Virus record (IMG/VR): IMGVR_UViG_3300021400_000379
Span: 35,639-99,638 of that record
From: a virus
Taxonomy: Duplodnaviria; Caudoviricetes
Strand: one strand, 5' to 3'
Length of the DNA stretch: 64,000 bases
The notes beneath the pieces were generated by a model. It was not told the DNA's origin and ran no database searches. It saw only the letters and a program-made list of their open reading frames with translations. A program made the position numbers and the translations under genes. Of this stretch, positions 1 to 8,320 are shown one piece after another (within the stretch, counting starts at the first letter, position 1; each line of letters starts with the position of its first letter).

Positions 1-789
1 CGCATCAGTCATAGTCTGCATGACCTCTGGATTCTCATCCAGATCATACATCACCTGTCTGTTACTCCTTGTAAATCCATATTTGGTACCGGGTTTACCG
101 GTGTCGTCATACAGGTACTTCACATATTTCGGGTCTTGGAATAGGAACTCCATAGGGTAGGCGCGGATGAGCTCACCCGTCTCATGATCTACCACATCGC
201 CCGTAATACATACAATATACGCTTGGTTGTTCTGAATTTCAGAATATGCGTATGCAAATACGACATCCAGCAGGGACTGATGGCTGTCGTTGGCTTCCTC
301 CAGGAAGGATTTCCCGTTAGGCCTTCTGAAGTATTCCAACTGGTGGGGGTCGGGCTTTCTTAATTTGGTGCCCCCGCATTTCGGACATTTGTGTGCATAT
401 GTCTGCAACTCATATCCGCAAGAGGGATTCATACACTTCAGATAGAAATTTGGAACCCATGTGAGTCCATATCTCAAAACCTCCCTGGGAATTGTGAGTT
501 CGAGGGAAGATAATGCCGAACATTCACTGGTATACCAGTCCATAAGTGCATAATTGTGCCAGAAACTCGTTACACCGTTATACCTGTACAAGAGGTTGGT
601 CGGACGTTCTCCTCCAACCACGTCAACAGATTGGTGGATCCGAGACCTCGCAACCGCACTATCCAAGTCCGCTCCAAAAGCCTCCTTTGGCGCGCCCATA
701 AAGGATTCAAAAGTGTTCACAGGTGTCGCGGGTGACCTCTCTGCAATAGATGATTTGGATAAACGGCCCGACCCGTAGACTTTTACCAT
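1..789 (-). CDS. Putative portal protein, N-terminal part (runs off the window), with a Zn-ribbon insert
   Basis: Open frame from ATG at 789 (MVKVYGSGRLSKSS...) to the window edge, directly downstream of terL; contains CMNPLC...CPKC. Portal call rests mainly on position. Confidence 0.6.
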   Translation of the reverse strand, partial: MVKVYGSGRLSKSSIAERSPATPVNTFESFMGAPKEAFGADLDSAVARSRIHQSVDVVGGERPTNLLYRYNGVTSFWHNYALMDWYTSECSALSSLELTIPREVLRYGLTWVPNFYLKCMNPSCGYELQTYAHKCPKCGGTKLRKPDPHQLEYFRRPNGKSFLEEANDSHQSLLDVVFAYAYSEIQNNQAYIVCITGDVVDHETGELIRAYPMEFLFQDPKYVKYLYDDTGKPGTKYGFTRSNRQVMYDLDENPEVMQTMTDA

Positions 790-790
790 A

Positions 791-2314
791 TTATCGCCTC
801 ATAATCTGATCATTTCTATTTATAGTGTAACCCAAGCGCTTGCTTTGAGTGACGGTTTGCGGGTCTACCTCTCCGCACACTCTGGGTGTAGTGCGTGCAC
901 CCTCGACAGGCGTCTCCACCGTGCCCAAGACGCGAACAGTGTTCTTCTTTTCCGCTGGAGGAACATAGCTGTCTGAATCCAATGCAGACACGATTCCTCT
1001 GCCCTTCACGAAGAACTTGGCACATGCATACCTAAGAGCGTCCATAGCGTGATCAAAATCCTTCACAGGTTTACCCGTGAATTTTCCATCCTTGTCAACC
1101 TCATAACAGTAGTTATTGAGCTCAATGATTACGTTCCTGCACTTTGGATGTACGATGATGTGGTATGACTGGAGATTCTGGATTCCGTTCATCACCGAAT
1201 CAGGACCCTTGAGTGCGGGCCTGATGCGGGGGAGCTGCCAGTGCACGACCGTGGAATTGACGTCGTCCAACTGTACCTCCTCATCAAATCCGTTTTGGAG
1301 TTCAAAGATGGACTTCGGCTCGGCGGCGTCTGCCCAGATCTCCTCTTTAGCGTATCCCATAGAGGTAAGCTTCTTGGCAATATCGATATTGGATAGGCCC
1401 TTTTCATACAATTCATCGTAGACCCAGATGATATGTTTATTGAGATCGATCAACACTGCTACGAACGCGTTGAAGCTGATCTTATATCCAAAGTCTAACC
1501 CGAATGTGGATTTGACAGTGGGGGATTTCATTATCTCCCATGGGTCGAATTCCTTCTCCTCCCAATCCTCGTAGATGAGTCCTTCCGCAATACCCCAATC
1601 TCCGTCACAGATAACTCTCGCTGCACGAGGATTACGGACGTACATATCCTCGTAACGGACGATATCATCGGGCCCTAGCCATTCGTTACACTTATACGTC
1701 GTGACCTTGGTGAAGATCCTGTCCTTCTCCTTCTCATGTGGATTGTCCCAGAACCTCTCCTTGAGCCAGGTGTGCTCTGACCAGGGGTTGAAGGTCAGAG
1801 TCACCTGCTTCCAAAGGCCTGTCTCAGGGGGCAGATAACCACGAATGGACATGACCAGCTTATCAAAGTCGGCCTCATTGGTGATCTCATATGCCTCTTC
1901 GATCCAGACCCAGCAGAGGTATCCCTTACGTACCGTGATGGACGCAAGCTTCAGAGGGTCATCCATACCTCTGAACAGAATGACTTGCCCTGTCTGGGTA
2001 TTGGTAATCTGCAGAGGATTGACAGAGCATTTCCAATATTGTGTAGTTCCCGTGCGGTCGATTGCCCATTGTAAATCTGTATAGCATGACTGCTGAAGCG
2101 TACCGAAGACCTTACGCACAACCAACGCATTGGCCTGCGGGTATTGCATCATCTTGAGAATCAGGTCTAAGGCAGTAGTCTTGGATTTCTTCGATCCTTT
2201 TGACCCTCTGCATACCCTATAGAACTTTTTGGTGCGGATAAAGTCATTATATCCGCCTCCAAAAAGTGCCCTCAAGCTTGTGACAGGGCGCTCATCCAGA
2301 CTCGTCTGGGTCAT
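791..2314 (-). CDS. terL: Terminase large subunit, PBSX-like
   Basis: Walker A variant GSKGSKKSKT, FRGMDDPLK, Walker B WIEEA, LTFNP, nuclease motifs GLDFG and DHAMDALRY. Confidence 0.95.
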   Translation of the reverse strand: MTQTSLDERPVTSLRALFGGGYNDFIRTKKFYRVCRGSKGSKKSKTTALDLILKMMQYPQANALVVRKVFGTLQQSCYTDLQWAIDRTGTTQYWKCSVNPLQITNTQTGQVILFRGMDDPLKLASITVRKGYLCWVWIEEAYEITNEADFDKLVMSIRGYLPPETGLWKQVTLTFNPWSEHTWLKERFWDNPHEKEKDRIFTKVTTYKCNEWLGPDDIVRYEDMYVRNPRAARVICDGDWGIAEGLIYEDWEEKEFDPWEIMKSPTVKSTFGLDFGYKISFNAFVAVLIDLNKHIIWVYDELYEKGLSNIDIAKKLTSMGYAKEEIWADAAEPKSIFELQNGFDEEVQLDDVNSTVVHWQLPRIRPALKGPDSVMNGIQNLQSYHIIVHPKCRNVIIELNNYCYEVDKDGKFTGKPVKDFDHAMDALRYACAKFFVKGRGIVSALDSDSYVPPAEKKNTVRVLGTVETPVEGARTTPRVCGEVDPQTVTQSKRLGYTINRNDQIMRR

Positions 2315-2705
2315 TGTATATCACTGCGTTCTGAATTATAGACTCATCCTCAAGATCCTCTTTGGACTCGTGCTGTACATCCAGCGGTTCACCGAGTTCA
2401 TCATCGCCCAAGTCATCCACGAAAACAGGTGTCTCCAAGGACACTTGGGACTCCTTGATTGGTTCCAGTCCGCCATATTTCATGAGGAATTCCGCAGCTC
2501 CGCGCTCACCGTTGCACGCCTGAAGGGCTTGAACGGATATGATACGGGTCTTGACGTCGGTGTTCTTCCCCTTGAGGTCTTCAAGGCTCATATTCTCCGC
2601 CAGCTCTACAAGCGCCTTTTTCTTGGTGTTGTTGATCGGTGTATCAAGCACCATCCTAATCAGGCGTTGCATATCTTGGCGGTCTTTGGTCGGTGTGACC
2701 ATCAT
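2292..2705 (-). CDS. Putative terminase small subunit
   Basis: 137-aa helical protein overlapping the terL start; acidic C-terminus. Confidence 0.5.
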   Translation of the reverse strand: MMVTPTKDRQDMQRLIRMVLDTPINNTKKKALVELAENMSLEDLKGKNTDVKTRIISVQALQACNGERGAAEFLMKYGGLEPIKESQVSLETPVFVDDLGDDELGEPLDVQHESKEDLEDESIIQNAVIYNDPDESG

Positions 2706-2711
2706 CTCACC

Positions 2712-2927
2712 TCAGATAATATATCCTGGGTCAAGAGCACCCTCATATTGAGGATTCTTTTTAGTTTCGGTCACTTCTACCGATTTATAAATCAGGCGGA
2801 AACGATTAGCGAGTACCTCTGCATGCTCGTCGGGTGCTTCTGCGAGAAGTCTATATGTAGCAGTCTTCTTAGTACCATTTTTTGTGATGGCATTGGTGGA
2901 TTCTACACCGTATATATACTTAGTCAT
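2712..2927 (-). CDS. Hypothetical protein
   Basis: 71-aa ORF after TATA-like TTTTTATTATATA; co-oriented with terminase genes. Confidence 0.65.
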   Translation of the reverse strand: MTKYIYGVESTNAITKNGTKKTATYRLLAEAPDEHAEVLANRFRLIYKSVEVTETKKNPQYEGALDPGYII

Positions 2928-2954
2928 GATTACGAAATCACGCTACTATATAAT

Positions 2955-2989
2955 AAAAAGTTCCCCCGTTAGGGGGTTTTAAAAGGTTT
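2955..2989 (-). terminator. Hairpin/T-tract terminator
   Basis: AAAACCTTTTAAAACCCCC-TAAC-GGGGG-AACTTTTT after the stop at 2990; the same AAAACCTTTTAA motif follows the gene ending at 63904. Confidence 0.6.
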
Positions 2990-3658
2990 TCAGAGTCCGA
3001 GAAGCTTAGCGATGGCTGCTTTCTGCTCATCGCTCAGAGCCTTGGAGGAAGCTTCCTCAGCCACAGGCTCAGCAGACTTATGAAACTGGTCGACGATTGC
3101 CTCCTCGAGGGGATCCACGACCTTTGCCTTGAATGTACCATCTGCGATGGGACGTCCGAAGAAGCGGTCGAAGATTGCAAAGACGACAATCTCAGTCATA
3201 ACTGCGTAGAAGCAGCTTGTGTAGACGTTGGAAAAGTCAACGACAGTTCCAACGCCCGCGACGAGGACAGCGAATGAACCGACGGAAGTGATTGCAATTC
3301 CGAGGAGCATTGCCATCTTATAGATGAAGTGGAATGTTTTGACCCTCTCGATTGCGATCTCATCCTCAGGCTCACCCTTCTGAAGTGCTGCTGCACGCTC
3401 TGCGAGAACCTTGCTTCTCTTGATCTGGTAAGATACGAGGTAGGCTACGAGATACAGTACAACTGCAGTCACGACGATTGCAACTGCAACGGGAATCACG
3501 AAGTCCCCTGGCATATAGACAATAGTATCCATATTACTCACCATTGCGCCAGCATATATCCAAATCCAGATTATAGGATAGACCGTCAGGTACCACAATA
3601 CGAAGATTGCTAAGGGTATCTGGACAACCCCATCGTCTATTTTTGGAATCAGCCGCAC
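2990..3658 (-). CDS. Membrane protein with about 4 TM helices (possible holin-like/lysis protein)
   Basis: Four hydrophobic stretches and a charged C-terminus; function is a guess. Confidence 0.7.
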   Translation of the reverse strand: MRLIPKIDDGVVQIPLAIFVLWYLTVYPIIWIWIYAGAMVSNMDTIVYMPGDFVIPVAVAIVVTAVVLYLVAYLVSYQIKRSKVLAERAAALQKGEPEDEIAIERVKTFHFIYKMAMLLGIAITSVGSFAVLVAGVGTVVDFSNVYTSCFYAVMTEIVVFAIFDRFFGRPIADGTFKAKVVDPLEEAIVDQFHKSAEPVAEEASSKALSDEQKAAIAKLLGL

Positions 3659-3689
3659 AAATGATTAACCGAAATTAATCTATTTAAAG

Positions 3690-4178
3690 TCATATCCTTT
3701 TTAGGACACCATCGCGTTGCATTTCACCCATTGGGGTTAATCTATGACATTTTGAGCACTCCAGCGGAAGCGTTCTCCAAGGCATCATATATCTCTGGCC
3801 ACAAGCACATTTATAGGATCTATTCGGGGGGTCCGGAACAGGTGAGTCGTTACTTCCGTGCCCATAATAGTCAAAATAAATCTTCTCCAGAGATTGGTCC
3901 AGCCCGATTTGTCTGAAATCTGCATGTTTTTCCAATTTTGAGGAGTCTATACGCGTATCACGTGCTCTTTCCATCTGCGCATAATCCTCGGTACGGTGGA
4001 TAAAATGTTTTGTAGAGGAGTCTATCGCGCCATATTGCTTAACAAGGCTCTTTTCCACCACATCTTGGTCAACAACGTGAAGAAGAAGCTCTGTATCCAT
4101 GAGTCTTGCATTTTGATGCAGGTCCGAGAGGAAGGATCTCCTGAGATTCTCCCGGAATTGTTCGGTACTGCGTTTCAT
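3690..4178 (-). CDS. Protein with C-terminal Zn ribbon
   Basis: CACG...CSKC; TATA-like CTTATACC upstream. Confidence 0.7.
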   Translation of the reverse strand: MKRSTEQFRENLRRSFLSDLHQNARLMDTELLLHVVDQDVVEKSLVKQYGAIDSSTKHFIHRTEDYAQMERARDTRIDSSKLEKHADFRQIGLDQSLEKIYFDYYGHGSNDSPVPDPPNRSYKCACGQRYMMPWRTLPLECSKCHRLTPMGEMQRDGVLKRI

Positions 4179-4207
4179 AAGACTACATATGTAGTAATTG
4201 GTATAAG

Positions 4208-4235
4208 AAACCCCCCGAAGGGGGAAGGAGTTTTA
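4208..4235 (-). terminator. Terminator hairpin
   Basis: CCCCC-TTCG-GGGGG-TTTCTT on the minus strand after the stop at 4236. Confidence 0.55.
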
Positions 4236-5432
4236 TCAGAGCCCGATGTCAGGAGTGCTTGTAGGATGTTTGAGTCCGTCGTCTGTGACCGCGGGCTCTC
4301 CTTCCTCGGGCATAACCTCGGAAATCATCTGAAGCAGCTGCTGGGCGCTCTCGGGATTGGCGAGCATCTGCTGGATTTCCTCGGGGGACATGCCAAGAGC
4401 CTGTGCGAGTGCCTGAATCTCCTCGGGAGTAAGGTCACCGCTCTCGGCAGGTGCCTCAGCAGGTGCCTCGGCAGGAGGCATTTCTGCGGGAACATCCTCG
4501 GGCACCTGCTCGGGAGGAGGAGATCCAGCCGCCTCGGACTTGGTAATCGATGCGGCAGGGGCCTCTGGCACGAACTGATATCCGTTCTTGATATCCTGCC
4601 AGCTGGGAATCTCTCCGAACTTGATACTCTTCTTGACGGGGGTAGATTCTGACTTTGCGATAGATGCTGTTGTATTTGTCTCGGTCATTTTATTCACCTG
4701 TGCTGTCTTAGTGATTGTTGTGCGGGTATGCTCTGCGGGAGTAGATGCGTTATATCCAGACCCAGCATGGGATTTCATGTACTCCTCGCGGATCTCTGCG
4801 AAGGACTTGATGGGTGGGAAGGGATCTGCCTCCTCTGGGACGGCCTTCTGGATGGACTCAGAAGAGGTCTCTGCGGGCTCCTCGGACTTCTTGACTTTCT
4901 TTTCGTCCTTCTTGTCCTTGTCATCCTTCTCTTCATCCTCTTTCTTGTCCTTCTCCCCGCCCTCTCCTTCTTTCTTCTCGGGAGCGGGTGCCTCTTCCTC
5001 CTCAACGGGGGGTTCAGCCTCTGGCGTGTTCTCGGCAGGAGCCTCCTCTACAGGTGGCATCTCCTCTGCAGGACCATCGAGAGCGCCCGGATCACCCATC
5101 GGTGCGGGCTCTCCTTCTGCTTCGGCAACTTCCTCAGGCGCGACTCCCTCACCTGCAAGCTCCTTCTGGTGCTCGGTGTTCCTGAAGTATTCGATTACGG
5201 CCTCGGGCGAGTCAAATCCTTCTGCAATTTTCTTAGGAAGTTCTCCTTCCTCTGGGTCTTGGATGATGACGTATGCTTGGCACAGTCCATCCTCATGCAG
5301 TTCGATACCGTAGTTGTTCCATCTGTAAAAGGGATCGGCATGCTCATCAGAGGTGCCGATACCCTCTACAATCTCCATCTCCTCCCATTCCTCAAAAGGT
5401 GGGAAATCCGATTTTTGAATTTGTGTGGGCAT
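4236..5432 (-). CDS. Acidic Pro/Glu-rich protein, possible internal head or scaffold-type protein
   Basis: Likely start ATG 5432 (MPTQIQKS) downstream of TTTATA; low complexity; repeated [IV]xK[ST] motifs and IPSWQDIK. Confidence 0.7.
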   Translation of the reverse strand: MPTQIQKSDFPPFEEWEEMEIVEGIGTSDEHADPFYRWNNYGIELHEDGLCQAYVIIQDPEEGELPKKIAEGFDSPEAVIEYFRNTEHQKELAGEGVAPEEVAEAEGEPAPMGDPGALDGPAEEMPPVEEAPAENTPEAEPPVEEEEAPAPEKKEGEGGEKDKKEDEEKDDKDKKDEKKVKKSEEPAETSSESIQKAVPEEADPFPPIKSFAEIREEYMKSHAGSGYNASTPAEHTRTTITKTAQVNKMTETNTTASIAKSESTPVKKSIKFGEIPSWQDIKNGYQFVPEAPAASITKSEAAGSPPPEQVPEDVPAEMPPAEAPAEAPAESGDLTPEEIQALAQALGMSPEEIQQMLANPESAQQLLQMISEVMPEEGEPAVTDDGLKHPTSTPDIGL

Positions 5433-5491
5433 ATATACCGAAAATAGAATCTGTCTCACGCTATAAATAGGGATACCCTGGCAACGCTACT

Positions 5492-5500
5492 CTTTTATAC
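5492..5500 (+). promoter_or_regulatory. TATA box of the tRNA operon
   Basis: CTTTTATAC about 25 nt upstream of the first structured RNA at 5523. Confidence 0.6.
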
Positions 5501-5522
5501 CTGCTAGATATATAGTTATTCT

Positions 5523-5578
5523 GCAGGCGAAATATACGGCCCTCATAGCCCAATGTACATCTCGTATCTTTTGCCTGC
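5523..5578 (+). ncRNA. Leader hairpin RNA of unknown function
   Basis: GCAGGCGAAA/TTTTGCCTGC and ATACG/CGTAT stems at the predicted transcript 5' end. Confidence 0.4.
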
Positions 5579-5581
5579 GAC

Positions 5582-5656
5582 GCCTCTATGGCCTAACAGA
5601 ATGGCACTCGCCCTGTAAGCGAGCGATTGTGGGTGCAAGTCCCATTGGAGGCTCCA
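5582..5656 (+). tRNA. tRNA-Thr(TGT), C33 variant
   Basis: Acceptor GCCTCTA/TGGAGGC, U73, CCA; anticodon arm CTCGC-CCTGTAA-GCGAG. Confidence 0.85.
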
Positions 5657-5657
5657 T

Positions 5658-5733
5658 GTCCAGGTAACTCAGCTGGTAGAGTGTTCGGCTGTTAACCGAA
5701 CTGTCCAAGGTTCAAGTCCTTGCCTGGACGCCA
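5658..5733 (+). tRNA. tRNA-Asn(GTT)
   Basis: TTCGG-CTGTTAA-CCGAA; T-loop GTTCAAG; G73-CCA. Confidence 0.95.
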
Positions 5734-5735
5734 AT

Positions 5736-5811
5736 AAGGGGGTAGGGAAGAGGTCATCCCACTTGGCTCATAACCAAGAGATCGGTGGTTCAAGTCCATC
5801 CCCCCTTACCA
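5736..5811 (+). tRNA. tRNA-Met(CAT), initiator-like
   Basis: A1-U72 acceptor AAGGGGG/CCCCCTT; CTTGG-CTCATAA-CCAAG; CCA. Confidence 0.9.
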
Positions 5812-5816
5812 CTAAA

Positions 5817-5864
5817 CACAGACAGGTGATCAAACTGCAACTGGGAACTAGGTGCCTGTCTGTG
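5817..5864 (+). ncRNA. Non-tRNA hairpin inside the tRNA array
   Basis: CACAGACAGGT/GCCTGTCTGTG 11-bp stem closing a 26-nt loop. Confidence 0.45.
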
Positions 5865-5875
5865 ACCTTTAATCT

Positions 5876-5951
5876 GGGTTCGTGGTGTAGCTTGGCATCA
5901 CCGTTGCCCTGGGAGCAACAGACTGCGGTTCAAATCCGCACGAACCCACCA
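5876..5951 (+). tRNA. tRNA-Pro(TGG), C33 variant
   Basis: GGGTTCG/CGAACCC; GTTGC-CCTGGGA-GCAAC; CCA. Confidence 0.9.
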
Positions 5952-5953
5952 AT

Positions 5954-6031
5954 GGACGTATAGCATAGTCGGTCCAATGCGCCGTTCTTATAAAGCGGAG
6001 ATCGCCCGTTCGAATCGGGTTACGTCCACCA
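5954..6031 (+). tRNA. tRNA-Ile(TAT)
   Basis: GGACGTA/TACGTCC; CCGTT-CTTATAA-AGCGG; GTTCGAATC; A73-CCA. Confidence 0.9.
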
Positions 6032-6033
6032 AT

Positions 6034-6111
6034 GGGCCTGTATCTCAGACAGGTTTGAGAACCCGCCTTTTAAGCGGGTAGACAGGGGTTCGAATCCCCT
6101 CAGGCCCACCA
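6034..6111 (+). tRNA. tRNA-Lys(TTT)
   Basis: CCCGC-CTTTTAA-GCGGG; GTTCGAATC; CCA. Confidence 0.95.
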
Positions 6112-6116
6112 TAAAC

Positions 6117-6189
6117 AGTCCCGTAGTGTAGCGGTCAAGCACCTCGGCCTTTGGAGCCGATAACCCTGGTTCGAATCCGGGCGGGACTA
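6117..6189 (+). tRNA. tRNA-Gln(TTG), archaeal type
   Basis: AGTCCCG/CGGGACT (A1-U72); TCGGC-CTTTGGA-GCCGA; CCA not fully encoded. Confidence 0.95.
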
Positions 6190-6194
6190 CCTAT

Positions 6195-6270
6195 GCCATC
6201 ATAGGACAGTGACGAAACCGCCCGCTTCGTAAACGGGAGAGCGTGGGTTAGAAACCCACTGATGGCACCA
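6195..6270 (+). tRNA. Atypical tRNA-Thr(CGT)
   Basis: GCCATCA/TGATGGC plus ACCA; CCCGC-TTCGTAA-ACGGG with C-A mismatch; deviant D-arm and T-loop TTAGAAA. Confidence 0.65.
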
Positions 6271-6271
6271 A

Positions 6272-6356
6272 GGGGAGATAGTCTAGCCTGGTAAGGCGGC
6301 AGTCTTGAAAACTGCAGCGACTCGGTCGCATGGGGGTTCAAATCCCTCTCTCCCCG
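6272..6356 (+). tRNA. tRNA-Ser(TGA)
   Basis: GCAGT-CTTGAAA-ACTGC; long variable arm GCGAC-TCG-GTCGC; G73. Confidence 0.95.
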
Positions 6357-6549
6357 CTAATTTTAAAATTTTCGAGCAGAGGTCAAAGGTAGAGTTCCAT
6401 CCCTGGAGTCGGATCCTGTGACATGCTCGACATCCTCACCCCTTGGTTTACCTAGGCCCTCGGGGACTGTTTTCTTGGATGGGCGATATGATTTCTCGTC
6501 ACATTATATAAGCGAAATCGCTATAAATACATACGGATTTCAACTATCC

Positions 6550-6717
6550 ATGAAATCTATCTGTATTTCTACCGAGACTGCTGTTGGTTGCAAAAAAATC
6601 ACCTATGAGGTCCCCGAGATTGTCTTTGACTATGTCGTTAAGGTCCTCGAGGGTGAGGAGCCCGTCCCCTCTGTCACTATGACCGAGGGCGAGCAGGCCC
6701 CTGAGGCAACCTACTGA
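6550..6717 (+). CDS. Small acidic protein (55 aa)
   Basis: ATG 6550 about 25 nt after CTATAAATA; C-ending codon bias. Confidence 0.65.
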   Translation: MKSICISTETAVGCKKITYEVPEIVFDYVVKVLEGEEPVPSVTMTEGEQAPEATY

Positions 6718-6789
6718 AATCATTTACGGGCCTTCATGGCCCGGTATATCTTTTTGATCCGATATGCACCGCGAGGAGTGGTAGCATAC

Positions 6790-7227
6790 TCAAGCATCTT
6801 CTCTTCTGTCCTTGGTTTGCTCTTTCTGCTGTATGTAGGCTCTGTTGACTTCTCTTCTGTAGGCATCTGCGGCCTCCCTGAACCTGTCGTCCTTCATACA
6901 GTACTCCGAGATGACTCTCGACTTCTCATCAGCCATCTTTTTGCGTGCATTTTTGACATCTGGGTCATCCTTGACCGCAGACTCCATCACTACGAACAGA
7001 TCCAGATCCATGGGAGTAGGTTTCTGCCCGTTCTCCTCCAGATTCTTCACCTTGGTCTCGAGTGAATCGAGTTTTTTGATGAGATCTGGGATGTAAATCC
7101 CGTCCGACATCATCTTGGAAAAGGCGGAGTAGTTATCTGCCTGTTGCTGTGTGCTGAGCGTGTTGCCATTGTTGCCGATGGCCTTTAGAATGTTGCTATA
7201 TTGGTTTGTGTCCATGTGTCTCACCAA
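6790..7227 (-). CDS. Hypothetical coiled-coil protein
   Basis: 145-aa helical ORF downstream of the CCC-motif gene. Confidence 0.75.
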   Translation of the reverse strand: MVRHMDTNQYSNILKAIGNNGNTLSTQQQADNYSAFSKMMSDGIYIPDLIKKLDSLETKVKNLEENGQKPTPMDLDLFVVMESAVKDDPDVKNARKKMADEKSRVISEYCMKDDRFREAADAYRREVNRAYIQQKEQTKDRREDA

Positions 7228-7312
7228 CGTGAATATATGAAAGGGGTTTGACCCCCGAGGTTTACAGCCTCAGGGGTCGGGGAGGATCAGGTCCTCCCAG
7301 TCGGGGTCGGCC

Positions 7313-8251
7313 TCAAGAAAGAGTACCGGTTCCCGTTCCGGTCCAGGTTCCCGCAGTGGTGTCGAGAGTCCCTTGGATGGTTGTGGCAATGGTGTCCTTG
7401 TTCTGGATAGCTGTGAGGATTGCCTGTGTGTTGGCAGTACTCCTCTGCTGTGCCAGCTGGTCGCGGAGCTGTTGGATCTCCCTCTGGTCCTCACGGTTCC
7501 TGATCAGGCAGAACTGCTCTGCGAGGTATGCGTTCTGATCACAGAAAGCCTTGGTGATCAGGGTGTTCTGCTCGTTGAACAGCTGCTGGTTCTGGTAACC
7601 AGCGGTGGCGAACGCATTGGCCATGGACTGACCGAGGTCAGCCACGGACCTCTGGACTCCGTTGAGTCCCCTCTCGGTTCCGAGCTGGATGGCGTTGCTC
7701 TGGGCCTGCATCTCGGTCCTGATGTTGCAACAGCAGGACTGAATCGCGGACTTGATGTCGCCCCTGTTGATGGCGATCTCCTTGTCCATGGCGGCCAGTG
7801 CCTGATTGATCTGCACCACGTCGGTGTTGAGGTTGTTGGCCAGTGCCTGAACGGCTGCGGTCTGTGCCTGTCCGCTCTGCGTGATAGCCTGCATCATCTG
7901 GTTGAAATTTCCCTCATTGATAATGGTCCTGTCGAGACCGAGGTCTCCGCGGTTGTTGCCCCATCCGAATCCGTTTCCACCCATAAGGATGACAAGGAAC
8001 AGAAGGAAAAGAAGTCCTCCACCGTGTCCGAATCCGTCGTTGTTCTGAAGCATCGCAAGGATGCCTGGGTCAATGCCTTTCTGGCTGAGAAGTCCCGCCA
8101 GCATTCCTGAATCATAAGATTCTCCCATTTTCTCATCTCCTAGCATACGTATGAGACTATCTGTATCGTGTCCTATATGCTCTAATTTATCGTGCTCCCA
8201 TTTCTGGTAGCTCGACCAATCAAAGCTATCGGATTTGACCTCTTCGTCCAT
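7313..8251 (-). CDS. Gly-rich/TM plus coiled-coil 'CCC' protein resembling a common gut-phage family
   Basis: GFGHGGG-LLFLLFLVILMGG-NGFGWG followed by Q/N-rich coiled coil with QSCCC; alternative start ATG 8128 with GGAG RBS. Confidence 0.8.
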   Translation of the reverse strand: MDEEVKSDSFDWSSYQKWEHDKLEHIGHDTDSLIRMLGDEKMGESYDSGMLAGLLSQKGIDPGILAMLQNNDGFGHGGGLLFLLFLVILMGGNGFGWGNNRGDLGLDRTIINEGNFNQMMQAITQSGQAQTAAVQALANNLNTDVVQINQALAAMDKEIAINRGDIKSAIQSCCCNIRTEMQAQSNAIQLGTERGLNGVQRSVADLGQSMANAFATAGYQNQQLFNEQNTLITKAFCDQNAYLAEQFCLIRNREDQREIQQLRDQLAQQRSTANTQAILTAIQNKDTIATTIQGTLDTTAGTWTGTGTGTLS

Positions 8252-8320
8252 ATTATTTCCTGCCCATGTGGGCAGAATATTAACTGCGATGAAGGTTAAT
8301 AAAGAAAATTTTGAATATCC

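Noticed and set aside
791-2314. Intein or intron in terL (also checked in the helicases, rtcB and thyX)
   Set aside because: Core domains are normal in length and no splicing or LAGLIDADG motifs are seen.
5520-6480. Virus-encoded tRNA-Pyl or other amber suppressor tRNA
   Set aside because: No cloverleaf with a CTA anticodon was found; the extra hairpins lack tRNA arms.
7249-7277. tRNA-Tyr-like anticodon arm (GAGG-CTGTAAA-CCTC on the minus strand)
   Set aside because: No acceptor or T-arm; more simply an intergenic mRNA hairpin.
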